From the NCBI GenBank assembly GCA_051294905.1, contig CM119372.1, positions 496,001-560,000 on the forward strand: 64,000 bases of DNA, in the 5' to 3' direction. This DNA comes from Botryllus schlosseri. Taxonomy: Eukaryota. The notes beneath the pieces are model-generated. The model was not told where the DNA came from. It saw only the letters and a list, made by a program, of their open reading frames with translations, and did no database searches. Shown one piece after another: positions 48,950 to 60,874 of the stretch (its first letter is position 1; each line of letters opens with the position of its first letter). The translations under genes and the position numbers were made by a program.

Positions 48950-49745
48950 TTTATGAAGCTGCAGAAAGAGGAAGTCGATGGATTAAACGCAAGAAAATCA
49001 AATTTCTGGAAGAAGTATAGAAGCACAAAACAGGAAACTCGTCCAGGAAAATTACAAATTGACGGACAATTATTGCTAGTGAAGTTCAGTTCTCAGAGGA
49101 GCATCATAATGCCAAAAGATGCGGAGAAGCTGAAATTTTATGCTAGACTACATTAAATTCTTTCTGAATTGTCCGACTTATCCTACTGACGTCAAATTTA
49201 TAGTATTGCTGTAAGCATAGTATTAAACCATTGGGTCAGCCACATGTAACTGCTTCATTAAATCGCGATTTGGCCATGTAGATATGTGGTTCTTAAAAAT
49301 GCACCATTTGCATTCATTCATGATTTCTCAAATCTAGAATGATTACTGACTGTCAATAAATGACATACAACTTTGAAAGGATTGATGGATTGGATTGTGG
49401 TACACTTACTTTTGTGCAGGAACTATTCACAGGGATCATTTCAGATCGAAATACTAGTTAAATATGTGGATTCGACAAGGAATGCAAGAAAATGATGGAG
49501 TTCAGCTATGGTGAGCCAGGCAATGCTATCATGGCAGAAAAGGGATTCACCATTGAGTCTGAAATCAAGAAATTGAATCTAGATTTAAATATTCCTTCAC
49601 ATGATTTACACAACGTCAAATGCCTGAGCCAGACTGTTCCACAACAAGAAAGATGGCGAGAGAACGTATTCATATTGAACAGCTGATCGGAAGAATCAAG
49701 GAGTATAAAATTTTGTCCGGTGTCATACTATGCAGCATTGTGTAT
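48950..49745 (+). pseudogene. ISL2EU-type (DDE_Tnp_4) transposase remnant
   Basis: KLKFYARL, IMAEKGFTIE...LNIP and RIHIEQLIGRIKEYKILSG pieces in shifting frames. Confidence 0.65.
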
Positions 49746-51274
49746 CACAACCAGAGGTGGTCAAAGTAGTCAAGAAATCTACTCAAGTAGAAGTAGAAGT
49801 AGCGACGAAAAAATCTACTCAAGTACGAGTAGAAGTACTTCTTCCATGAGCAACCTAAAACTACTTGAAGGTGAAGTAGAATTGACTGACTTTAAAAGTA
49901 CTCAAGTAAGTAAGTAGTTGTGAAAATGATCCTAATTCGTTCACGTGGATTGTGAACAGGTGACGAGCTTGATTCATATTAATGCATACCAACAGGCAAC
50001 AGGTATCCAATTTTCGATAGCATAAGCATTCATTCTCATTATGATAGTATTGATATGGAAATGCTATACTAATCCTCTGTTTTCTCGAACAGCACGTTTT
50101 AGAAAATAGCATGGTACGGCGCCATCCCCCATATTATAAGGCCCGTAGTTTAGTCGAAGAGTAATACGGAGAAGTTATATAGAATACGGTGTAAACACTT
50201 TGCGCAATTAGTAAGAGATCAAGATCAAGAGATCGAGCACACGCAAGGTCGTAGCCAGAAAAACAAATTTTTTTTTTGGGGGGGGGGATTATGGCTTTAG
50301 GGGAGCTCTCCCGTGGGAACATCTCGCAGAACCGTACATCCTGCCATAGGCAATTTCATCACTACCCTTTATACATACGATTCTTAGACGCACACAGACA
50401 CATACCCTATGGAAGCTTCCAGTTGCCAACTATAGCTTATCTATATCGAAGGCTTCGGAATACATGGGTCGGATTTATGGTGGTCAATCATTTCGGGAGC
50501 GCACTTTGCGGAGTAGCATGTAGCATACTTTATATATCTTCGTGTGTCCCGAAACGGTAGCCTAGTTGCCGGAGCTAACAGTTCCCAACCGCCATACTGA
50601 ACTGACACTCCTACAGACTCAATCAACCCAACGACCTCGGGCTACACTAGTGTATCTACTGGTCCTGTTGTATTCTCATAATTGAGAATGCAGCTAAATT
50701 CAATAATGGGTATTTGCGGAATAATTTTTTTTCGTGACACCGATAACAAAATCAAGACATGAACGGACACCAAATCGCGCCAAGCGCGAAGAAAAATTTT
50801 AGGTTGCATACTTTTGCCCCAAAATACTCTAATATCTATTGATTTTACGAAAATTTTCAATAAATTTGGGGGGGGGCAACCGCCCCTTTCGTCCCCCCTG
50901 GCTACGCCAGTGCGTCCAACATCCAACTTCGCATCGGCATTTGAAATTATAGACGTGTAACCAGGAGTCTTCGATATTTATATGTGTGAGCCCCAAATAT
51001 TCCTGTCCTTGTCAAATAAACCCAGCGGCAAACACAGGCGACCCGCAATAAATGCAAGGGACATTAGTATCGGCCGAACTCATAAATTAACTTTGAATGA
51101 AACTACAATTTACCAATACCGATCTTGATCGAAAGCTATTTCGCACATACAATTTTAAAGCTGGCAGGTCAACGGAACCACCAATAAATATAGCCGTCCA
51201 AGTCTGAAATCTGGAAATCGGCATTGTTCCGAATGATCGCTCGATAAAATTCCATTATCCTGGTCAATTATTCA

Positions 51275-54192
51275 TTCGGACATCGTGTCTTAAGCGTATT
51301 CGGCCTGTGTTGATACTCGGACATCGTGTCTGGGGCGTGTTCGGTCCGTGTTGCCATTCGGACATGGTGTCTTGGGTGTGTTCGGCCTGTATTGATACTT
51401 GGACATCGTGTCTGGGGCGTGCTTGGACATCATGTCTGGGGTGTGTTCGGCCTGTGATGCCATTCGGACATGGTGTCTCGGGCGTGTTCGGCCTGTATTG
51501 ATACCCGGACATCGTATCTGGCGCGTGTTCGGACATCATGTGTGGGATGTGTTCGGACTGGGTTAGCACTAGAAAGTCGTGCCTGGTACTGTAACTGACT
51601 TTATAGTGAATATAGCGACTATCCTTATTTCTGACATGACTATCCTCATTTCTGACATGACTATCCTCATTTCTGACATGAGACTATCCTTATTTCAAAC
51701 ATGACTATCCCTATATCAAACATGGCTATCCTTATTTCTAACATGACTATCCTTATTTCAAACACTAGACTGACCTTATTTCAAACACGACCAACCTTAT
51801 TAACATCGTGTCTGGGGGGTGTTGGGACTGTGTTGCCAATAGCACATCGTGTCTGGGGCGTTCCGACACCATGTATGGGTTGTGTTCGGCCTGTGCTGCC
51901 AATCGGACATCGTGTCTGGGGCATGCTCGGCCATTCAAGCATGGTGTCTGGGTTGTTTTCGGATCTGAGTTGACACTCGGACATCGTGTCTGGGGTGTGT
52001 TCGGCCTGTGTTGCCATTCGGACATGGTGTCTTGGGCGTGTTCGGCCCGTGTTGATACCCGGACTTCGTATCTGGGGCGTATTCGGACATCATGTCTGGG
52101 GTGTTATCGGCCTGTGTTGCCATTCGGACATGGTGTCTTGGGCGTGTTCGGCCTGTGTTGATACCCGATCATCGTATCTGGAGCGTGTTTGGACATCATG
52201 TCTGGGGTGGTTGCCCGACATATGAGCATGCGACACATTGGAAAACGACAGTTCAGCATGGAACACATCAGCATGCGTCACTTCAGCATGAGAGTGTATA
52301 ACCCAAAAACTTACCCTAACCCGAAACATAGCCTAACCTAACCTAACCTAGCCTAACCTAACCTAAACCCTAACCCTAACCCAACCATAAACCTAACCTA
52401 ACCTACCCCTAACCCGTAATTTAACCCACATGCTCATGTGTCGCATGCCAAATTGTCGCATGCCAAAGCGTCGCATGCTGTAATGTCGCATGCTCATATG
52501 TCCACGGACCGTCTGGGGTGTGTTCGGCCTGTGCTGCCAATCGGACATCGTGTCTGGGGCATGTTCGGCCATTCAAACATGGTGTCTCGGCTGTGTTCGG
52601 ACATTGTGTCTGCGGCGACTTCGGACATCATGTCTGGGATGTGGTCGGCCTAATGCCATTCACACATTATGTCTGGGGTGTGTTCGGCCTGTGCTGCCAT
52701 TCGGACATGGTGTCTTGGGTGTGTTCGGCCGTGTTGATACCCGGACAACGTATCTGGGGCGTGTTCGGACATCATGTCTGGGGGGGGGGGGGGGTGTTCG
52801 GCCTGTACTGCCATTCAAACATGGTGTCTCGGCTGTGTTCGGACATTGTGTCTGCGGCGACTTTGGACATCATGTCTGGGATGTGGTCGGCCTATGATGC
52901 CATTCACACATTATGTCTGGGGTGTGTTCGGCCTGTGCTACCATTCGGACATGGTGTCTTGGGTGTGTTCGGCCGTGTTGATACCCGGACAACGTATCTG
53001 GGGCGTGTTCGGACATCATGTCTGGGGGGGGGGGGTGTTCGGCCTGTACTGCCATTCAAACATGGTGTCTCGGCTGTGTTCGGACATTGTGTCTGCGGCG
53101 ACTTTGGACATCATGTCTGGGATGTGGTCGGCCTATGATGCCATTCACACATTATGTCTGGGGTGTGTTCGGCCTGTGCTGCCATTCGGACATGGTGTCT
53201 TGGGTGTGTTCGGCCGTGTTGATACCCGGACAACGTATCTGGGGCGTGTTCGGACATCATGTCTGGGGGGGGGGGTGTTCGGCCTGTACTGCCATTCACA
53301 CATGATGTCTAGGGCGTGTTCGGCCTGTGTTGATACCCGGACATCGTATCTGGGGCGTGTTTGGACATCATGTCTGTGGTGTGTTCGGCCTGTGCTGCCA
53401 ATCGGACATCGTGTCTGGGGCATGTTCGGCCATTCAAGCATGGTGTCTGGGTTGTTTTCGGATCTGAGCTGCCATTCGGACATGGTGTCTTGGGTGTGTT
53501 CGGCCGTGTTGATACCAGGACAACGTATCTGGGGCGTGTTCGGACATCATGTCTGGGGGGGGGGGGGGTGTTCGGCCTGTACTGCCATTCACACATGATG
53601 TCTAGGGCGTGTTCGGCCTGTGTTGATACCCGGACATCGTATCTGGGGCGTGTTTGGACATCATGTCTGTGGTGTGTTCGGCCTGTGCTGCCAATCGGAC
53701 ATCGTGTCTGGGACATGTTCGGCCATTCAAGCATGGTGTCTGGGTTGTTTTCGGATCTGAGTTGACACTCGGACATCGTGTCTGGGGCGTGTTCGGTCCG
53801 TGTTGCCATTCGGACATGGTGTCTTTTGGGCGTGTTCGGCCCGTGTTGATACCCGGACATCGTATCTGGGGCGTGTTCAGACATCATGTCTGGGGTGTTT
53901 TCGGCCTGTGTTGCCATTCGGACATGGTGTCTTGGGCGTGTTCGGCCTGTGTTGATACCCGGACATCGTGTCTGGGGCGTGTTTGGACATCATGTCTGGG
54001 ATGTGTTCGGACTGGGTTAGCAGCACTAGAAAGTCGTGCCTGGTACTGTAACTGACTTTATAGTGAATATAGCGACTATCCTTATTTCTGACATGACTAT
54101 CCTCATTTCTGACATGACTATCCTCATTTCTGACATGAGACTCACCTCATTTCTAACATATTTGTCCTTATTTCAAACCAATCGAACCAACC
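51275..54192 (-). repeat. Right arm of the large foldback (inverted copy of 43217-45435)
   Basis: Same modules in reverse complement, ending CCAATCGAACCAACC; extra ~240-bp unit duplications at 52510-53280. Confidence 0.9.
52209..52510. mobile_element. MULE-like MITE with (CCTAAC)n core inserted in the satellite
   Basis: TIR-like GACATATGAGCATGCGACA / TGTCGCATGCTCATATGTC; 9-bp flanking repeat GTCTGGGGT. Confidence 0.7.
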
Positions 54193-55132
54193 TTCCTCAA
54201 AACTGGCGACACGCCGTTCGGCCGTTGTAGCATAGCATGTAGGAAAGGTTGTAGCATAGCAGTTTACGGCCGTAAATTTGTGTGGTTGTGGTTAACTTCA
54301 CTCACCATCATTTTATGGTCATTTTTGCTCTACCAGCAATCTATAATAATATTTTACATAAATCATAATTAGTTTCGTGTATGATACTCATATGGATAGT
54401 CATATTCGCCATGCTGCAAGAAAATTATATTCAACTGCGCCGTTTTATCTTTACCTTTCTTGTTTGCTTCGAGCGGTGTCTCCGCTTTTTATGATATACT
54501 CCATAGTTTGAGCCAAACTTTCACCACTGGTATATTTTTTGTCGATATAGCCTTATTTTATTGGCAAATCCAGTGTTTTGTCACGAAATCTCGAGTGGCA
54601 ACATTGCTCTGAGCAATCTTGTTGGCAATCGGCCACACTGGCGCCGCCAGCTGCTTTGTAGACACAACTGCTCATCAACAATTTTTGTGTGTTATTTTAG
54701 AGAGAGAGAGGGGGAGAGAGAGAGAGTCACTTTATTTTTCATCCAACCGAGAAAGAGTTCAGTTCAGTTTAGGTTAGTTTATTATGAAAAAAATTATGCG
54801 ATCAGCCGATGAAAAGATAGCAAGGTATCGAAGCGTCTAGGAGTATTCTTTGAAATCAGACACCCTTGAGTTGGAGTTGGAGTTAGGCGGTTCTTCAGAA
54901 TTCAGAGTTTCTTGCAGCAATACTGTACTGTGTAATGTGCTGGTCACGTTATATTCCTGTAGTGGCGATAAGAATGGAACGATTGATTATGAGCTCAAAA
55001 TTGATCACAATTAAAGTCGTGTCGTCGCGTAAATGCATAAGGTCACGCTCTGTATGCGCCAGACTTGTATACAATAGGGTTGATCTAATATAACTATTTT
55101 CTTCAAAGTCTTAAATTTTGCTTAATTTCAAT

Positions 55133-57611
55133 GATTTCCAGTAAACTCGGCCCAAGGTAAATTCGGCCCTCGGTGAATTCGGCCGTCGGTAAATTCGGCC
55201 CTCGGTAAATTCGGCCAGGGCCAGAGTAACAATAACAGTTACAATACCATTACCTAACCTGAACCCTAACCCTAATCCTAACCTAACTCTCATCCTAACT
55301 TAACCCTAATCCTAACCTAACCCCAATCTTAACCTAATCCTAACCCTAACCTAATCCTAACCCTAACGCTAATCCTAACCCTAAACCTAACCCCTAACCT
55401 CCAAATCACTTGATAATATACCGATTGAATTCGGCTGTTGGTAAATTCGGCCCCGTAAACATCGGCATATATATATACAATACATATATATATTTACACG
55501 CATACCCTGTTCTCCAAATCACTTGATAATAATATAATTATGAAATTAATTCACATTAATAATTGGTAATACATTTTTATAAAAAATTCTCCGAGGGCAG
55601 AATTGACCGAGTGACGGGACACTGTAAAACCCGCAAAAGCAAGGTATATTCAAGTAATTGTATAGGTATCTTTTACAATATTGTCGCTGTAGGCCTCAAA
55701 AGATATCATGGATTAGTTATGGAATTAAACTGCCGGTAACTATACAGCAGGGTTTTGCGGGTGACTATCAGGGTTTTGCAGTTGGCTACGAGGGTCTTGC
55801 GGTTGTCCAGAAGGGTTTTGTGGGAACCTAACTGGGTCTTGCGAGTGATTAGCAGGGTTTTGCGGTTGTCTAAGAGAGTTTTGCGGGTGAAAAATAGGGT
55901 TTTGCGGTTGTCTAAGATAGTTTTGCGGGTGAAAAATAGGGTTTTGTGGTTGTCTAAGATAGTTTTGCGGGTGAAAAATAGGGTTTTGCGGTTGTCTAAG
56001 ATAGTTTTGCGGGTTAAAAATAGGGTTTTGCGGTTGTCTAAGAGAGTTTTGCGGGTTAAAAATAGGGTTTTGCGGTTGTCTAAGATAGTTTTGCGGGTGA
56101 AAAATAGGGTTTTGCGGTTGTCTAAGAGAGTTTTGCGGGTGAAAAATAGGGTTTTGCGGTTGTCTAAGATAGTTTTGCGGGTGAAAAATAGGGTTTTGCG
56201 GTTGTCTAAGATAGTTTTACTGGTGAAAAATAGGGTCTGCGGTTGTCTAAGATAGTTTTGCGGGTGAAAAATAGGGTTTTGCGGTTGTCCAAGAGTTTTG
56301 CGGTTGTATAGGAGAGTTTTGCGGTTGACTTCCAGAGTTTTGCGGTTGTTAAGTAGAGTTCTGCAGGTAACTAGCAGGGTTTTGAAGGTGACTAGCAGTA
56401 GTCAACCTCAAACTCTCCTATACAACTGCAAAACTCTCTTGGAAAACCGCAAAACTCTAGTAGTCAACCTCAAAACTCTCCTATACAACCGCAAAACTAT
56501 CCTAAACTCTGGTAGTCAACCCCAAAACCCCATTTTTCACCCGCAGAACTCTCTTAGACAACCGCAAAACCATGTTAGGTAACCATAAAACCTTTCTGGA
56601 CAACCGCAAAACCCTCGCAGTCAACTCCAATACCGTACTAGTCACCCGCAAAACCCTCACTGTATAGTTAATTTCATAACTAATCCATGATATCTCGAGG
56701 CCATACAGCGACAATATTGTAAAAGATACTCACAATTACCTGAATATGCCTTGCTTATTGCGAGTTTTGCAAGTTTTGCGGGTTTTGCGGTTGTATAGGA
56801 TAGTTTTGCTGTTGACTACCAGAGTTTTGCGGCTGTATGGGAAATTTTTGCGGTTGTATAGGAGAGTTTTGCGGTTGTATAGGAGAGTTTTGAGGTTGAC
56901 TACTAGAGTTTTGCGGTTGTATACGAGAGTTTTGCATTAGGACACGAGAGTTTTGCGGTTGTATAGGAGAGTTTCGAGGTTGACTACTGCTAGTCACCTT
57001 CAAAACCCTGCTAGTTACCTTCAAAACTCTTCTATACAACCGCAAAACCCTATTTTTCACCCGCATAACTCTCTTAGACAACCGCAAAACCTTATTTTTC
57101 ACCCGCAAAACTCTTTTAGACAACCGCAAAACCCTATTTTTCACCCGCAAAACTCTCTGAGACAACCGCAAAACCCTGCTAATCACCCGCAAGACCCTGT
57201 TAGGTTCCCACAAAACCCTTCTGGACAACCGCAAAACCCGCGTAGCCAACTGCAAAACCCTGCTGTATAGTTACCGGCAGTTAAATTCCATAACTAATCC
57301 ATGATATCTTGAGGCCTACAGCGACAATATTGTAAAAGATACCTACAATTACTTGAATATACCTTGCTTTTGCGAGTTTTGCGGGTTTTACAGTGTCCCC
57401 CGAGTGACCGGTGAATTCGGCCGTCGGTAAATTCGGTCCCCGTGAATATCCGCGCTATCTCCCGTGATTACGCGATCTACGCATACCCTGACATCCAAAT
57501 CACTTAATAATTATTAACGGTTGGTAATACATTTTAATACAATATTCTCGGAGGGCCGAATTTACTGATGTCATGGGCCGAATTTACCTTGGGGCGAGTT
57601 TACTGGCAACC
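55133..57611. mobile_element. TIR MITE with AATTCGGCC repeats and (CCTAAC)n core
   Basis: GATTTCCAGTAAACTCG ... CGAGTTTACTGGCAACC; TSD ATTTCAAT. A related degenerate element lies at ~58643-59784. Confidence 0.75.
55616..57399. mobile_element. Mutator-like foldback element with 21-bp tandem repeats
   Basis: GGGACACTGTAAAACCCGCAAAA ... TTTTGCGGGTTTTACAGTGTCCC; perfect 9-bp TSD CCGAGTGAC; arms built of TTTTGCGG-core 21-mers. Confidence 0.9.
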
Positions 57612-60600
57612 ATTTCAATCTGTAGAAGCTAAGCTATTGGAGTTGAAAAATTTCAATTGTTGTGTACAAAAACGATGCATTTGTTGGACACCGTTGTTTT
57701 AGACAACTTATGCCATTGGGTTGACGATAAAATTTAAAATCTTGAAAATAGTTTATTCATAAATTTATAATTTTTCAACTCTTGTAGCTTTGCGTCTACA
57801 CGTTGGAATTGAGCCAAAGTAAGTATGCAGCGTTTTTGACGCTTCTGCAATAGCAGCCAGACATCAAACAATGTTCACCATGATCACGAATAAATATTTC
57901 TCATGAACACATCCAAATTTGTAAACGTAAGAATAAATTATTTTTCGCGTTTGGATTAGAGACGTGAGTGTTGCGTAAATGGCCAAATGGGTATGTTAGG
58001 GTTGGGGGTGACCCTTTATGGAATCGGTGTCCAGTGCTCACACTACATTTTATTTTTTTATTACGGTATTTTTAATAAATTATTAAAAACTTGGAAAAAC
58101 ATCGCTGCTCACCTGATATATCAGGCAAAACATACCGAGATTCCAGTAGGGCCCGGGTGATGGATATTAGGGCTGGAGGGGGTTAGCGTATCGCCGATAT
58201 GGAATCTCCGTCCTTTTTTTGAAATAAATCCTGCGTGATAGGAGCTTTTTTCGCGTGACAGAGTCAACTTTGCGGCGTGACAAGCAAGGTTACTGACTTC
58301 AAATGACTGTGTTAAGCCAGTGACAGGAGATCAGATGCTAATGGTTAGCAACTGGCAAGGTGCAAGTACTTTACCAACAGACAGTAATCAACAGATCCTG
58401 GCTTGAGGATTAGGTCAAAACATTATATACCACAATACTAACTGGAATATAGCATTTGGGTTGGCTGAGAACATTGACCTTTTTTCAATTTTTTTTCTTT
58501 CATTTTTTATTTAATGAAATCAACGACCCGTGACGGCGTGCAACTGGCGACCAAGTCGGCGTGATCCTGCGTGCCTTGGACACCGATTCCATACTGGGCG
58601 TATCGTATAAGATTAGGTTTGGTGGTGATGGATGATTAGTATGATTACCTGTGAACTCGGCACTTGGTGACTTCGGCCCTTAGAGGAATCGGCACTTGAA
58701 CAATTTTGCATTAGAAATACATTCAATACGAATGAATATTCTCTGGTATATCTCGTAATCTTGGGATGCCCCAACCCTTAGATTGGGATTACCCTAACCC
58801 ACCTCCATTCCTCCAACCCTAATATCTCTCTCCCCCAACCTAACCCTATCCCCCCCTCCTCCGACAGCCCTAGTATCCGTCACCATCTCCAACCGTAATA
58901 TCTTCCTGCCCAAGGTTGTTCAGAATTGACAGACTTTTAAAAAGTGATAGTTTTCGGTCCGATTCCCAATCCTTAATACCATAAGAACATATTCTAGCTA
59001 CTTTTTTTCGTAATTCATCCCTTGCATCTGTGTGCACTGTGCATGTTGACCTAGAAGAATATCGACCAAAAATAGGAGATTCCCCTAAAATTTGAGTGTC
59101 GCGATTCGGCCTAGACTAGTAAATGTCATATATAAGCTGGGTTTATGCAGCTGTTGCGGTTTGGGGTGCTCCATAACCACACTATAGAAAATATTGTCAA
59201 TTCAGAACATCATTTTCATGTCCCACACGGCCACACTCCCTTAGAACCCCTCAAAACTTCCTAAGACTTATAATCATTTTGTTGGATCACTTATCCTACA
59301 CTCCTCAAACCTACCCGAGATTGTTAATCAATTTCCGTGATCACCATGTGCAAGAATACAACTGTAAATGTACCATTCACTCACAGCCACATAATATCCC
59401 TCTCCACCTCCAACGCTAATATCCTTCCTCCTTCGACCCTGATATCCGTCTCTACAAAGGCGAAAAACAATTTATTTTGGTGTCTGCATGGAAAAATTTG
59501 TTGATGTCATGGAGGAACACTGGCTTGTCGTGATTGTAAAGCGAAGAAGCGCCGCTTGATCTCCCAAAACTTCAATCTCACATACGTTGCCAAGATCCAT
59601 CTATTCAAAACTCAAACGTCCGTCACTTGCGCCTTCAAATTACCAATAATGAGCAGACCACGCATGGTCGATATTAATAGTTTATTTATTCATATTGACA
59701 GTTGTTAATACATTCTAATACAAAATTCACCGAGTACCGAGTTCGTGGGGCCAAATTCATCAAGTGCGAAGTTCACTGGCAACCTGATGGATATTAGCGT
59801 TAGGGGTGGGTTAGGGTATCCAAACATTACGATTCTGACTGCTTACCCAAAATCTAATATTACGGTATCCTGACCCACTTTCAACTCCAATAACCCTCTC
59901 CCCAACCCCGATATCCGTCCCCCTAGCTCTAATACCCCTTCCCCAAACGCTAATCTTAGAGTACCCTAACGCTAACCCTCTCCCTAATCCACCTCCAACC
60001 CTAATATTACGATTCCTTAACCCGCCTAACCCTAACGTCCCTAATCCAACCACATTTGAGAAAAATAATTTTCTTAGACGTTTATAGATTTTGACATGTT
60101 CAAGGGAACCATTTATTGGTGATTATGGTGAACATTGTTCAACGTCCGGCCAGTATCTAAGTCCCTGCTTTTTTTCAGTGACCTAACATTTTATCGAATA
60201 GTCAGCAAAATTTGAAAAAAAGGTTGTTTATGTACAACCCTATTATACAAACTAGTACCAATCCGGTTGACTGTAGGGTTACCATACGTCATCCTTTAGG
60301 AGAATTTGCCCTCCTTTTTCAGGTTTTTGAAAATGTCCTCCGAGGACACCTAAATGTCCTCCTTCTTGGCAATTCGTCCTCCTTTATAGCTTTTACAGGT
60401 GAGATAATGGACAGATTCGAGTGTTAACGGGCATAAATGACGCTAAATAGCAAAAACGGACGTTCTAGCGGAAAATACATGGTTCGATCGCAAGTGACAA
60501 CCTTTTTATTCTTGGCAACACCACTAAATTTTAGTAATAAGTGTGTTAATCGGTAGTCGAGCGAAAGTGATATCCCCCTACTATTCGTCGTTTCTTTAAC

Positions 60601-60874
60601 GATTTACCGCAGTATTCAAAACATAAAAAAGGAAAGGACGTAGTTTATATTTGTCCTTGATGTTTTTGCGGCATGTACACCGACTCATCATAGACATACA
60701 CCCGATCTGTGCATATGCATACCATGAGTGCATGATGTGCATATGCCGCTGGACAAGGGAGGTACAGATATTGCCTTGTACGGCTTTCTAAGTCTTGCAC
60801 CACCCCTCCATGCTATCCCAGTAATACAGGAGCGCCAAGCAAGGAAGCCATGAATACCAGTGTTCTAATCACTG

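Noticed and set aside
43354..54055. Many overlapping Cys/Gly/Val- or Pro/Thr-rich ORFs up to 274 aa
   Set aside because: They are translations of the stop-poor satellite in all frames and on both strands, with no gene structure.
55250..55400. True or interstitial telomere array
   Set aside because: Degenerate, short and enclosed by TIRs with a TSD.
55755..57270. RVLRLSK heptad ORFs resembling cationic coiled coils
   Set aside because: Artefact of the 21-bp tandem repeats inside the foldback element.
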